NCBI GenBank assembly: GCA_964016885.1
Contig: OZ024745.1
Span: 15,066,001 to 15,130,000 of the forward strand
Reading direction: 5' to 3'
DNA from: Eledone cirrhosa
Lineage: Eukaryota
Length of the DNA: 64,000 bases
Part shown: positions 1 to 13,365 of the stretch, piece by piece
Layout of the letters: each line of letters opens with the position of its first letter
How positions within the stretch are numbered: the first letter of the stretch is position 1
Notes under the pieces: generated by a model
What the model saw: the letters and a program-made list of their open reading frames with translations, nothing else
What the model was told of the DNA's origin: nothing
Databases searched by the model: none
Translations under genes and position numbers: made by a program

Positions 1-26
1 TCCGTCACCTCGTGCGTCTTCTTCCC

Positions 27-44
27 TTATTATTATTATTATTA

Positions 45-105
<61 letters not shown>

Positions 106-112
106 GTTGTTA
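27..112. repeat. (TAA)n/(TTA)n microsatellite, 3' tail/target of Dong-B copy
   Basis: Pure TTA run directly abutting the 3' end of the minus-strand element. Confidence 0.95.
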
Positions 113-1211
113 TTCCTTGAATCTCAGTCATTGATGTTGGTTAACTGGAAAGTCCGTTGGAATGAATATCAAGCCACTACCTTCAGCCTCAGATATTCAG
201 GACGTATCGGAGGGTTCTTGCTGTTCCCAGCAAGCATGCCTTTTGAAGCGTTCCAAAAAGCGTGAAGGGGCCGATTTTCTTTAACCATCCCTGGAAACTT
301 TTGGAGATAGTCCCCAGTGCGCCTATGACAATCGGGATCACTTTGACTTCATGGCAGTTCCAAATCCTTTTCACCTCCCACTTTAGGTCCTGGTATCGGT
401 TAATTTTCTCCCTCTCCTTCTCTTGCACTCTCGTGTCGAAAGGGCAGGCCACATCCACAATCAGACACGATCTTTTTTCTTTGTCCACAACCACCAGGTC
501 AGGTCTATTGTGTTCCAGTTTTTTGTCCGTCTGTATCCTAAAATCCCACAGCACCTTCACCTGATTGTTCTCCATCACCGCCTCTGGCCTATGCTCATAC
601 CATTTCTCAGAATGTGGTAAATTGTTTACTTTGCACAGGTGCCAGTGGATCACCCTGCCCATCACATCGTGTCTCCAGCCCTTATAGTGGGTCTGGGCTA
701 GGTGTTTACACTCGGACACAATGTGAGCCACAGTCTCCTCTCTCTCTCCACAGATCCTGCACAGTGGGCTAGCCTCCTTCTTGTAAATATGGTGCTTCAA
801 CCACTTCGCTTTGAGGGCCAGCTCCTGCGCAGCCATTAGCATTCCTTCTGTAGCCTTTTTGAGGTCTCCTCTTCTCAACCAGTTCCATGTCTGTGGATCT
901 CTAAATTCAGTTTTCTCAAAGAAGGTACTATGAAGGGATTTTCCCTTAAGGCTGCTCTTCCTCCTTGATGTTATTTCCTCCTTGGACATCCCCTGGCCTA
1001 CTGTCCCCTCCTTCAGTACAGTTCTGAGCATTGGCTCCTTACTATAGGTCACGTATTTGTATAGGTTGTTTTTCTCCATCTGAACACAGTCCTCTATGCT
1101 GATAAGACCTCTTCCACACTCAGATCTCCTTAGGTAGAGTCTATCGACATCACTCCTCTTGTGGAACATGTTGTAGATAGTCAATAGCTTCCTAGTCTTC
1201 CTATCCATTTC

Positions 1212-1212
<1 letters not shown>
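113..1212 (-). mobile_element. R4/Dong-like non-LTR retrotransposon family B, 3' fragment (RT thumb, CCHC knuckle, RLE endonuclease)
   Basis: CRICGEREETVAHIVSEC, RHD, LWDFRIQTD, NRPDLVVVD..IVDVACP, EKINRYQDL motifs; near-identical to 33561-35170. Confidence 0.92.

Positions 1213-1300
<88 letters not shown>
1213..1300. repeat. (TAA)n microsatellite between Dong-B and Dong-A
   Basis: Pure TTA run. Confidence 0.95.
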
Positions 1301-1301
<1 letters not shown>

Positions 1302-1443
1302 GTTGCATTTATCTTGCTTTATGTTCATACGAGTTATCACCAAGTAACAACCAGTCACCTCAAGAGACAATAAGGTTCGCCATGTTCAAGAAAGAACATA
1401 CATATTCACACATGCATCTTTAGTGTTTAGACTTGTGATGTAC

Positions 1444-4400
1444 TTATATTGATAGAATCTTCCTTAGTATATGGGCAGTTCCCATTAGTACTATCTTTTG
1501 TATTTCTCCTATACGCGGGTTTCCTGGGATTTGCGATATGTAATCATTAGACCCCTTAGGTATCATTCCCAGAGCGCCTACAACCACTGGTATTGTTTTA
1601 GTTCTCAATTTCCATATTTTTCCAATTTCTATCTCCAGGTCCTTATACTTGCTCAATTTTTCAAATGTTTTTATAGATACATTCTTGTCTATTGGAACAG
1701 ACATATCAATTAGCAGGCATACCCTCTTTTGAAAGTCCTTCAATATTATATCAGGTCTATTTGCATCTATTTTTCTGTCTGTTTGGATGCTAAAGTTCCA
1801 CAAGATTGAGATGTGATCTTTTTCAAGTATGGGAGGTGGTTGATGCTCCCACCAATTCTTTTGATGGGGCAGGTCAAAATGCTTACACATTATCCAATGT
1901 ATATATTGTGCAGCTCTGTCATGCCTGTTTAGGTATTCGGTTGGAGCTATAGGACTGCACATTGAAATTATATGGTCAATGGTCTCTGGTTGTTTTTTGC
2001 ATACACGGCATAATGGGCTGCACCCATTTTTTATTATGTTGGCTTGGTAATTTTTTGTTGGCAGACACTGATCTTGTGCTGATATAATCATTCCTTCAGT
2101 CTCCGATTTCAGTCCAGAGGATGCCAACCACTGATGGGTTAAAGTTTTGTCAACATCAGGATTGTTAGCTCGCTCTGGGTATTTTCCATACAGAGGCTTT
2201 TCTTGCCATTTCTTAGCCAGTTTCTGTAGCAGTTCTTTCTTTGCAGTTACTTTTACCTGCTTTGCTTTTTCTGTGTTTTCCATTTCAGCAGTAAATGGGA
2301 CTTCTGAAATTTGTAGTCCATTACTGTATCTTTGTGCATCTTTTGTAATGGAATATGATCTTTTGATGCTTTCGTGTTTCAAAACGAGTTTGATCATCCA
2401 ATCATGTGATTCCCTTAGATATGTAGATAATCCAATTGTTGCAGTTTTCAACCCAATGTCTAACTGGATTAACCCACGTCCTCCTTCTTTCCTAGGGAGA
2501 TATATTCTATCTATATCTGCCTTAGGGTGATGCATTCTGTGCATGGTTAAGAATTTTCGAATTTTTGTATCGAGCCTACGGATCTCTGTGCTTGACCAGT
2601 TGATGACATTGTAACTGTAGGTTACTACTGGTATGGCAAGCGTGTTTATGGCATCGATCCTATTCCTTGCATTCAATTCCGTTCTTAAGATTGCTCTTAC
2701 TCTGCGGTAACATTGCTTCCTTATCCTTTCCCTCATTGTCGAGTGCTTGATTCCGTCTCCTTCACAAACACCTAGATATTTGTAAGTTTTTTCTTGATCA
2801 AGTTCTCTTATCACGTTCCCCCGATCAAGATTAATGTCTGAACTCTTCAGCAGCTTTCCTCTGGTGAACGTTGCTTTGGCGCATTTATCTAGTCCAAACT
2901 CCATTTTAATGTCATCACTGAACTGCTCCACAGTGGATAATAGCCCTTGCAATTGTTCATCATTTTTTGCAAATAGTTTCAGGTCATCCATGTAGAACAG
3001 GTGATTAATGGTTTTGACATAGACTTTATATCCATGTTTTGTTTCATTGAGCATTTTACTTAATGGTATAAGTGCGATGCAGAATAAAAGCGGTGATAAA
3101 GAGTCACCCTGAAAAATTCCACAATTAATATTAACTTCTCCAGCTTCCAGTGATTTTGTTTCACTATTCAAAAGGAGTGTCGTTTTCCATGTCTTCATAC
3201 TGAATGACAAAAACCTCCTGACAACGGGGGATATTTTGAAAATCTCTAAACATTTTTCAATCCAACTGTGTGGCAAACTATCGAATGATTTTTATAATCT
3301 ATCCAAGCAATCGATAGATTTTTGTGTCTATTATGACAATCTTCCAGTATCATTTTGTTAACCAGAAGCTGATCCTTACAGCCATATGAGCCTCGTTTAC
3401 ACCCTTTCTGCTCAATGGGAAATAGGTCATTTGTTATCAGGTGGTCATATGTGTATTCAGTTAGGACTGATGTTAAAATGTTATACATTGTCGTCAAGCA
3501 AGTTATCGGTCTGTAATTTTTGGGATTGTCTGTCTCATCATTCTTCGGAAGCAGGAATGTAATGCCGTTAACTAGCCATGATGGTATCTTTTCTGGCTCC
3601 TTAACTATTTCATTGTAAAGTTGGGCTAACAGCTCATGAGACTCTGTGAAGGCATTTATCCAAAAGTTTTGTATTTTGTCTTTTCCTGGGGATTTCCATT
3701 TGCTGGTTTTTCTTAGAGCCAAGCGCAACTGTTCAACTGTTATATTTTCCCATATTTGTTCCTCAAGGTGAGCTGTATCTTTCATTTGTCTGTCTATCCA
3801 TGGGGCATGTATGTTATGAACTTTTTCTTCGGCCCAGATCTTTTCCCAGAATTCTTGCACTTCCTCCTTGGGTGGTATTGATTTACGAGTTATTGTTGAC
3901 TTACCAATTTTTCTGTAGAAGTTTCTCTGGTTGTTTTTGAACATATTATTGTCCTTATAGAATCTAGATCGTTTTTCAAAGCGCCTTATACGAGCAGCTT
4001 TGGCCGACACTTTTTGCTTGATTATTTCTATCAGCATGTCTATGTCACATGTTGATTTTATACTGTACTTTTTTTTCAATTTTCTAAGTTTAGTTTGTTT
4101 AACATGTTCACCTACTTTATAGTTTGTTAAAATTTCTATATCAGATCGGAGAAGGTTTATTTGGCGATTGATGTTCTCTTGCCAAGTAGATTTCTTGTGG
4201 GAATTCCTTTGTTTTTTCATCTTCACTCCACATAAGTGAGTGGTGACTTTAGCCGATGCATAATAGAGATGATTTAAATCAGTAATGTTTAGTTTGTTTG
4301 TGATGATAATGTTTTTGAGAATTATGTTAGTCTTGTGTATTATCTTTTGGTTCTGTTTGGAGTTCTGGATCTTAGGGAGGGTGTCTCGTTACCCCATGTC

Positions 4401-5093
4401 AGATTCTTTCATTTTCATCCATTCGATCATTATTTCATCCTTCAAGTTGGCAAGTTCATTCTCATTCATTTCTTTATCATTTACGATCTCATTATTTTCA
4501 TTTGGAGTTTCATCCTGAGCATGAACTCCCTCCACTTTTTCGATCCTTTCTTTAATTTGTTCTGTTGCCAGTGATTCCGCCCCAACCCTGGGATTCGAAG
4601 TGTTACAGTTTACCTCGTTTTCACTGACACATGTTTCATTTTCCCTTCGCTGACTTTGTGCTAATAGCTTGATCTGATCAATTTCTATATCAGTTAGTAA
4701 CTTTTTTTTAACAATATTTCTTCGTATATTGGCTAGTTTGTTACTGTCAATATAGCCTCTGTTTTCGGGATGTTTCTTTTTCCAGTTGATATATGTCTGT
4801 TCTGTATTCGATGTATTTGATGGGTAGTACATGGCAGTGTAGAAAGCCTCAAGGACTTCTTTATTATCTTCCCTTGACCATTTTTCTCTCTTTTTCTTTG
4901 GATTTCTTGGTGGTGAGCATGGAGGGCCAACAGTAGGAGTATTCCGGTTATGGGAGGTCTCCAGCTCCGAAGTGATGGGAAGGTTTGAACCATTAGCTGA
5001 TTTTTCGACCCCAGTCTGATTCCTCTCTGAGGGACGCGACCCTTTTTTACCCGGGTGACGGCCGATCCGGTATAAGATTTTATCATTAGACAT
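1444..5093 (-). pseudogene. Dong-A RT-RLE polyprotein (disrupted; ORF pieces 4389-5093, 3246-4226, 1444-3276)
   Basis: Pieces 1 and 2 are in the same frame separated by a stop; piece 3 is frameshifted; together they give N-terminal domain + RT + CCHC + RLE. Confidence 0.88.
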
Positions 5094-5158
5094 TTACTTT
5101 ATTTTGTCGCGTTTTATCCTTATCCGCCAAGGGGTAATCATTTAGTGTTACCACTTCT

Positions 5159-5247
5159 AGAACGAGTGTCAACCAAGACTAGAGGGGTCGTTCTCCCCTA
5201 GAGACACGGCTATTCCCCGCCGGCCGCCATCCCGGTATTTCTTGGTC
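5159..5247 (-). ncRNA. Candidate HDV-like pseudoknot in Dong-A 5' UTR
   Basis: GACCAAG/CTTGGTT pairing with first G-U wobble, AGAACG/CGTTCT, AC-CCCTCTA-GT; J4/2 atypical (GACACT). Confidence 0.35.
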
Positions 5248-6251
5248 ACGGGTTTTCTTTTTGTTGTTTTTATTAAATTGTTATTATCATGAGTGGTTCC
5301 TTAATGTGAGCATTGCGTGGCTTAAGAATGAAATTATTAATAACTGTCTCCACTCCAGGCACAGGGCCAGCAATCACCCAGTGCATTACAATAATATAAT
5401 ATACTTTTTGTTGTAGTTGGCTGTTATTGTTGTTGGCTATGTCGGTGGTGGTGCTGGGGCTTTTTATATTGTTGGTGAGGAAGGGGTGAGCCAGCAGTCC
5501 CATAGTTGTTGATGTTGACGTTTGGCCGGTGGCCAGGTCACTAAGTCAATCTATTTATATCTTTTGCTAGCCTCTCCCTTGTCTAGTGATACCGCCACCT
5601 TCCCCTTTCTCTCTCAAGTTAACAGGGGAATAGTGGTGGTAGCAATGAAGGAGTGGTGGCGGCGGCGATGGGATAGTGGTAGCAGTGATGGATGGGGTGG
5701 GGTGGTGGCAGCGGTGGCGTTGTGGTTACTGATATGTAGTATCTATGAGTTTGTGTTCGTATGTTTAATATATATTTTTATTATATATTGTGTTGACATG
5801 TTCCCGTAAAATTTGAATTAAACATTTTGTTAACATTTGAGACAATAATAATAGTAATTATTATTATGATGCTAGGATTGATGGCGGTGGTGGTGAAATT
5901 GCCGTTATCTGGCTGTTATATTTAGTGTGATGGGATAGGTGGTGTATCAAGTTTCTGGTGTTGGTAAAATTGCTGTTATTTGGCTGTTCTATATAGTGTA
6001 GACAGAGGGTGTTTTCTTCCATTTATAACCATTTTCTTTTTTTGAATACAAAATATAAAATACAAAATTGTATATTTGAGCGATACAACAATATAATATG
6101 GATCCGAAACATTATGGGACCTCATTCGGTGGTTTATGCAACATTTGTACTAAGAATTATTTCACAATTGATTTAAATATGTTAAAAATCAAAAACTTAC
6201 GGGAGCGATTTCATGACCTTCTACCACCTCGTGCGTCTTCTTCCCTATTCC

Positions 6252-6304
<53 letters not shown>

Positions 6305-6352
6305 TATAAGTATCTATACGTACATACATATATGTATACAGACGTACAGTAG

Positions 6353-6412
<60 letters not shown>

Positions 6413-6796
6413 CATGCCCACATATATATATGTACGTATGGATTCACCGAACATTTATCATAATGCTCGGTGTGTTTGTAAACAAACATCCCGAATTAAG
6501 CCGTACAGTGTCTAGCAACCATCGTTGCTCATTTGTTCAACACTGTACTTATTAGCTATCATCAGCAACGTATACCTTCCTGTCAGATGGTTGAACGTCT
6601 GAAAATATATACTTTCCTTGTGCATATTAACGGCTGAGCAGCCTAATTTGCATATCCAGTGAGTTAATCGGCCGGGGTACCGAAAACGATAAACGGAAAA
6701 AATGAAACGAAATTTCATTTCTCACTCTTAGTACGGCTGTTACTTAAATATAAGTATGTATACGTACATACATATATGTATACAGACGTACAGTAG

Positions 6797-6841
<45 letters not shown>

Positions 6842-7168
6842 GCACACATATATATATGTACGTATGGATTCACCGAGCATTTATCATAATGCTCGGTGTG
6901 TTTGTAAACAAACATCCCGAATTAAGCCGTACAGTGTCTAGCAACCATCGTTGATCATTTGTTCAACGCTGACAAAGGAACGGTGTACTAGTTTCAAGTT
7001 TATTAGCTATCGTCAGCAACGTATACCTTCCTGCCAGATGGTTGAACGTCTGAAAGAATATACTTTCCTTGTGCATATTAACCGCTGAGCAGCCTAATTT
7101 GCATATCGAGTGAGTTAATCGGCCGGGGTACCGAAAACGATAAACGGAAAAAATGAAACGAAATTTCA
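6305..7168 (-). mobile_element. Hammerhead-bearing non-coding repeat family A, ~2 tandem monomers (~445 bp period)
   Basis: Direct repeat with starts at 6307 and 6751; homologous to 45819-46559 and 60359-60963; hammerhead and ATTTGCAT motifs; internal (TA)n. Confidence 0.85.
6980..7022 (-). ncRNA. Minimal type I hammerhead ribozyme (family A)
   Basis: acgttg-CTGACGA-tagct aata aactt-GAAA-ctag-TA-caccgt; one mismatch each in helices I and II; the first monomer (~6545-6572) has lost GAAACTA. Confidence 0.75.
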
Positions 7169-7173
7169 AAATC

Positions 7174-7450
7174 ATTTTTACCTCCCACTTTAAGTCCTAG
7201 TATCGGTTAATTTTCTCCCTCTCCTTCTCTTGCACTCTCGTGTCGAATGGGCAAGCCATATCCACAATCAGGCACGATCTTTTTCCTTGAGCACCAATTC
7301 CAAAACCACCAGGTCAGGTCTATTGTGTTCTAGTTTCTTGTCCGTCTGTATCCTAAAATCCCACAGCACCTTCACCTGATCGTTTTCTATCACCGACCCC
7401 AGCATATGCTCATACCACTTCTGAGAATGTGGTAAATTGTTTACTTTGCA
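7174..7450 (-). mobile_element. Dong-B internal fragment (RLE region)
   Basis: KVNNLPHS..VKVLWDFRIQTDKKLEHNRPDLVV; followed by (TAA)n 7451-7514. Confidence 0.85.
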
Positions 7451-7514
<64 letters not shown>

Positions 7515-10500
7515 GTTGTTATTCCTTGAATCTCAGTCATTGATGTTGGTTAACTGGAAAGTCCGTTGGATTGAATATCAAGCCACTACCTGCAGCCTCA
7601 GATATTCAGGACGTATCGGAGGGTTCTTGCTGTTCCAAGCAAGCATGCCTTTTGAAGCGTTCCAAAAAGCGTGAAGGGGCCGATTTTCTTTAACCATCCC
7701 TGGAAACTTTTGGAGATAGTCCCCAGTGCGCCTATGACAATCCCACAGAACCTTCACCTGATCGTTTTCTATCACCGACTCTGGCTTATGCTCATACCAC
7801 TTCTCAGAATGTGGTAAATTGTTTACTTTGTATAGGTGCCAGTGGATCACCCTGCCCATCACATTATGTCTCCAGCCCTTATAGTGAGTCTGGGCTAGGT
7901 GTTTACACTCGGATACAATGTGAGCAACAGTCTCCTCTCTCTCTCCACAGATCCTGCACAGTGGGCTAGCCTCCTCCTTGTAGATATGGTGCTTCAACCA
8001 CTTCGTTTTGAGGGCCTGCTCCTGCGCAGCCATTAACATTCCTTCTATAGCCTTTTTAAGGTCTCCTCTTTTCAACCAGTTCCATGTCTGTGGATCTCTA
8101 AATTCAGTTTTCTCAAAGAAGGTACTATGAAGGGATTTTTCCTGAAGGCTGCTCTTCCTCCTTGATCTTATTCCCTCCTTGGACATCCCCTGGTCTATTG
8201 TCCCCTCCTTCAGCACAATTCTGAGCATTGGCTCCTTACTATCAATCACGTATTTGTGTAGGTTGTTTTTCTCCATCTGATAAGACCTCGTCCACCTTCA
8301 GATCTCCTTAAGTAGAGTCTATCGACATCACTCCTCTTGTGGAACATGTTGTAGATAGTCAATAGCTTCCTAGTCTTCCTATCCATTTCTTTTTGTTCAG
8401 CAACATTCCATCTCAGAATTCCCGCACTGTACCTAATAATAGACACAGCTCGGGAATTTACTGCACTTATGGCATTCCTATTGTTCACATGTGACTTTAA
8501 TACGCTCCTTACTATCCGAATGTATTCAGATCTTATCAATTCCTTCATTTTTCTGTTCTTGATGTCATCAGCCTCCAGAACACCCAAATACTTGTATCCT
8601 TCTTCAGTGTCAATTTCCTTTATCATCTCACCTGTTGGTACCTGGATTCCGTTGCTCTGCTCAATTTACCCCTCTTCATCACAAGGACTCCACACTAACT
8701 AATACCAAATTGCATACATATATCATTGCTGAAAATACGGACAGTGTCAACAAGCACATCCAACTCCTTCTCACTCTTCCCGAAGAGCTTAAGATCGTCC
8801 ATGAAGAGGAGGTGATTGATGGTAAGCTCTCCCTTTCCCAACTTGTATCCTGCTCTCACTTTTCGCAGTATAATGGTCAGGGCATCAGGGCAAGGACAAA
8901 CAACAGAGGGGACAGACTATCTCCCTGGAAGATACCTCCCTTGATCTTCACGCCTCCCAAGGATTCTCCAGCTGACGTTAACTCTGTCTTCCAGGTCTTC
9001 ATACTTTTGCTCAACAACTGTCTGATGTTATCTGCGACCTTGAAGATCTCTAGGCTTTTGGTGATCCAAGAATGAGGCACCATGTCAAATGCCTTTTTGT
9101 AGTCTATCCATCCCATGGCAAGACCAGTGTGTCTCCTCTTGCAATTCCTCATTACCATCTTATCAATAAGTAACTGGTCCTTTGTACCACGGGACTTCTT
9201 TCGGCATCCTTTCTGTTCGTCCGGTAATAAGTTGTTTGTGTGGAGGTGATAGTAGATTTCCTCAGACATAATGCTTGTCAACAGTTTCCACATTACGGAC
9301 TGACATGTGATAGGTCTATAGTTGGTAACATCATTACCCTTGATTCGGTCTTTCATTACCAGAACTGTGGTACCTTTTGTCAACCACTCTGGTACCTCAC
9401 CTAACATCAAGCAGTCATTGAACATGTTTGTCAGTTTCGGGTGGAGGGATGTTATATTTTTAATCCAATACCCCTGCACACCATCTGGGCCTGGTGATTT
9501 CCAGTTGGTTAGTTTTTTGGCCTGCCCCTTAAGAGTTTCAATTGTGATTGTGATACTCAAATCAGTTTGTTGGTGTGCCTGTTCACTAATCTCCTTTTGT
9601 ACTGTCTCAATCCACACTGCCTGGTCATTATGTTTAGCATCCTTCTCCCATATACCTCTCCAGAATGTCTTAGTTTGTTCCGCCTCAGGGATCAAGTCGT
9701 TGCCTCTTTCTTTCCCTTCAAGCTGTCCAAACAGCATCTTCTAGTTGTTGTCAAACATGCGGTTCTGTCTATACTGACTGACTCTGCTCTCGTATCGCCT
9801 AATTTTTGCACTCTTTGCTACAATGCGTTGCTTCAGTTCCTCTATGATAATATTTAGCTTTTTCCTCCTAGTTTTGTATTTTATTTCCAGTCTATTTTTA
9901 GTGTCTATGTTTTTTAGTGTCCCATTCAGTAGGGTCTCAAGCTTTCCAATGTCATTTCTCATTTCCCTGATTTGACCATTCTGTCGTTGCTTCCACCAAG
10001 GTTCTGATCTTTCTTGTTTGTTGTTTCCTCTCGTTTTTATGCCAAGTAATTTCCTCACCGCATTTGCTGTTGCTTTGAGGATATTGTTGCACTGGTGAAG
10101 GCTCCTCGCCTCAAGGTATGGGATGACTTTGTTTACCTTAGCTGTTGTTTCTTTTAACTTTTTCCTGTCTACAAATCTTAGGTTCATAGGTTTCCCACTA
10201 TCATTGTTCAATTCATCTACCACTAAGTTTAGGATATCAACCAAATCTTGTCCTAGCCCGTCAGCATTCATCTCCTCAATGGCCGTATCTTTGTTCCAGG
10301 TATTATTTATTTCAGCATTCAGATCATCATTGTCTGCTTCGGATGGTTTCTCCGTTCTCTCAACCTCTTCACCTTCATTTCCCACTGGCTCGTTTTCCTG
10401 GCATACTCCACTCTCCATTTCCAACCTAATCGCTCTGTTCAGTTCCTCCAGTTCCAGCTCGCTTATCCACCCATTAGTTCTTATTACCCGAGCCTGCCCG

Positions 10501-10830
10501 GCCAATTTTTGTTCATCTAATTTAAATAGACCAATCTCGTTCCAGATGTTATGCATCCGTTTCCTATAGCCTTTCTCCTTGGGGTTACTCTTAAGGTAAC
10601 ATTGCATAACAGTTCTATTCAATTCTTTCGTCCAGTTGGTTCTGGTCCCTTTCCTTCTTCTTCTTCCTCCGACACCAGCAGTATTTGGTTGACAGCCAGG
10701 TCCCTGCTGCTGAGCCAGGGAGCACCTGCTGGGTGAGAGTCTGTCACATGACATTCCAGTCTCCACTTCACCGTTATTCGAACTGTTTAGGTTCGACATT
10801 TAAACACTCTTATCGAGGATTGGTGAATGT
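7515..10830 (-). mobile_element. Dong-B near-full-length copy, disabled
   Basis: ORF from 10799 with in-frame TAG at 9741, frameshift near 8880, and deletions near 8680, 8280 and 7740; NWKSPGPDG, YRPITC, IDYKKAFD, QGDSLSP, FMDD, CCHC. Confidence 0.9.
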
Positions 10831-10987
10831 ATGGTTACATTTCTATGTTTTTTTTTTATTATAACCTTTTTTACACGACCAAAACCCTCTTTGTATCTTC
10901 CTGTACCGTTCTCTGCCATCTGTAATGTTTTTATTCATGTTAGCCGTTGTGGCCAATAAAGAAATCATTATTATTATTATTATTCAA

Positions 10988-11238
10988 GCGGAGGTGGCTG
11001 ACGCGTACATCGCGTCCGTCATCTACTACCGCCTGACCGTCGTGCCTTGCCCTAAGCCCCGCCTGACTGCGCTGGAGCGTTTCCTCTTTCTCTTTTTGTG
11101 GAAAGGATGCGCTCCGATTGTCAGAAGTCCATCAGCTGTCAACACCCGCTACGTAGCGGGCTGGGCATGCCGTGGCTGATGATGCGCAGACACGCGCTCA
11201 GGCTACGACATCTCCACCTCTTCCTCGACGGTGATCAG
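10988..11238 (+). mobile_element. Tx1/L1-like ORF2 fragment (post-RT region)
   Basis: AEVADAYIASVIYYRLTVVPCP..LERFLFLFLWKG..GLGMP; GC-rich like ORF2 at 15.8-18.2 kb; preceded by (TTA)n. Confidence 0.7.
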
Positions 11239-11546
11239 TCAAAGACTAAGACTAAAGCAAAGAGTGAAAACAGCCAAGATGGCTGAACATGAACGCATGC
11301 TGTATCTAAAAGGAAGTTATTAAATACGGCAGATAAATAAAGAAACAGTCAAAAGGTGGGGTTGATTTGCTTTTCTTCTCCACCTCAGAAATTGTTAAAA
11401 GCAATACGATGCCGAAAAGCAGCACGAAACCATCCCTGTATTCCTCCAAAATTCCAAGACAAACACAAAAACCTCGCCAATGAGGCTACACTGCGCTGTC
11501 CAACTTTCTCATGGTTAGTCTTGCCTTACGGGGTCGAGAGAATAAA

Positions 11547-11860
<314 letters not shown>

Positions 11861-12580
11861 TATTTGAGAGTATGTATGGTAGATTCTACAAAGTATTGTT
11901 TAAAATTTACTGCTAAAAAAATCTATTTTTTATATTCAAATTTATTTCTAAATCTAATAACGTCTACAACATATAAATTTATTTCAACAGTTTGTCTCTG
12001 CAGTTACTGGCATGTTATTTAATATAGTGTAATCGTTTTAGAGGTAGTAATAAAGAACTCTTTTTGAAAATATTTCATACATCTTGTCGATCATCTTACC
12101 TCCAAAACAAATGAGGGTGGAGTATATATTGTAAACATTTTTTTCCAATTTTTATGGTACTAATAGGTTTTATTTGCTATGTTTTTTATATGATGACAGA
12201 TATTGATGGCTTTTAGTTTTCTGCTACTTCTACCTACTTGTATCATTTTGAAAATAATCCGACATCAACCTTACGCAACAGAAACTACTCACACCAAACA
12301 TGTATATTACATATATGAAAAGTCATCAAACATGATAATTAGACAGCTGTGTAATTGAAAACTTGTGTTTGTATGTCAGCATGCCAAAGTATAGACATTT
12401 GATGGTTTATTAAGATTTCCGTTACGTTCAGCCAACATATGTCGTACTTAATATACATAGTAAGTTGATCGCTGATGTTTCAGCCTATTACGGAGACGTT
12501 ATGCTTTCTTCAAAATGGAAAGAAACGCGTCTGACATAGTCACTCGTACGAATCTTAGAAAACGTTATTATTAGACAGTA

Positions 12581-12772
12581 GGGCGGTGAAGTGGCAGTAT
12601 CTGTAGAGGGTTGGACACCATGCTTTCTAGTATAGTTACGTCCTTTTATGGTCTGAGTTCAAATCCCGTCGAGGTTAACTTTGCCTTTCATCCTGACGGG
12701 GTCGATAAAATAAAGTACCAGTAATGTACTGGATAATTGCTGGCCTTGTGCCAAAAGTAGAAACAATTATAT
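12581..12772 (+). mobile_element. tRNA-derived SINE (abundant family with conserved core)
   Basis: ggcggtga..tggcag (A box-like), gagttcaaatcc (B box-like), core ttgcctttcatcc..ggggtcgataaaataaagtaccag, tail ggccttgtgcc.aaagtagaaacaattatt; many copies in window. Confidence 0.85.
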
Positions 12773-13049
12773 ATTATCTTTCATCAAATATAATATTTTA
12801 GCTGTCCAATCTTTAGCATAAAGCTAAGACCTTCAAAGCTCTAGAATCTCTGAAGGTATTTCCTGGGCATGAGTTCATCCCTAGCATAATCAAGATCTTG
12901 AAAGACATCTGTCAAAAGTAATAAAATATGTCACTTGTAAACATTTTCAGATGTAGGTATACTCAACCAAAGCTGACTTTGAGCTACATTACGAAGCTTA
13001 AGGGAACCGAGCACTGGTGCGTATTTTTCCTTATCTGATAGAGTTCATG

Positions 13050-13365
13050 AAGTCAGGAATTGGCAAAATTAGGAGAACGTCAAATAGAATGCTTTGTGGT
13101 ATTCATTTTGGCTCGCTGCTCCCTGAGTTCAAATCCCACCGAGGTCAACTTTCTCCTTCATTTTCATTCGAGGTCGATAAAAAAGTAACAGTCCAGTCTA
13201 GGGGTTGATTATTCCTCTATGTCTCTCACTCTCTATCCTCCTCTTAAAGAAATCTACTGTATTTAGACCTTTCAGGTCTAGAGAGGAGATAGGCTTCGTC
13301 AGGCGTAAATGTGCCCTACAAACACCATATGCCCTACATCACCATCAAGCGTTACTGGGAAAAAT
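13050..13365 (+). mobile_element. SINE variant with extended 3' segment
   Basis: SINE head/core followed by ctctcactctctatcc..gaaatctactg..gagaggagatag..gccctac, shared with 25085, 31680 and 53147 copies. Confidence 0.7.

Larger units (their letters stand above)
1301..5255 (-). mobile_element. R4/Dong-like non-LTR retrotransposon family A, apparently full length, disabled
   Basis: Single long ORF 5093->1444 broken by an in-frame stop at 4389-4391 and a 1-nt deletion near 3289 (YKNHS here vs YKKAFDS in the 18-kb copy); KWKSPG, YRPITCL, QGDSLSP, YMDD, CCHC, RPD..D motifs; (TAA)n tail. Confidence 0.92.

Noticed and set aside
189-1370. 393-aa ORF with poly-Asn as a novel gene
   Set aside because: Chance in-frame fusion of the Dong-A 3' UTR, a (TAA)n tract and the Dong-B C-terminus
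5300-5800. Further Tx1 ORF1 remnant on the minus strand
   Set aside because: Only compositional similarity (ACC/AAC-rich); no diagnostic motif
12465-12520. Hammerhead-like TTGAAGA..GAAACATC on the minus strand
   Set aside because: Uncompensated C3U, no helix I pairing and no helix III
12581-12680. tRNA genes
   Set aside because: A/B box-like heads continue into SINE cores and do not form a cloverleaf
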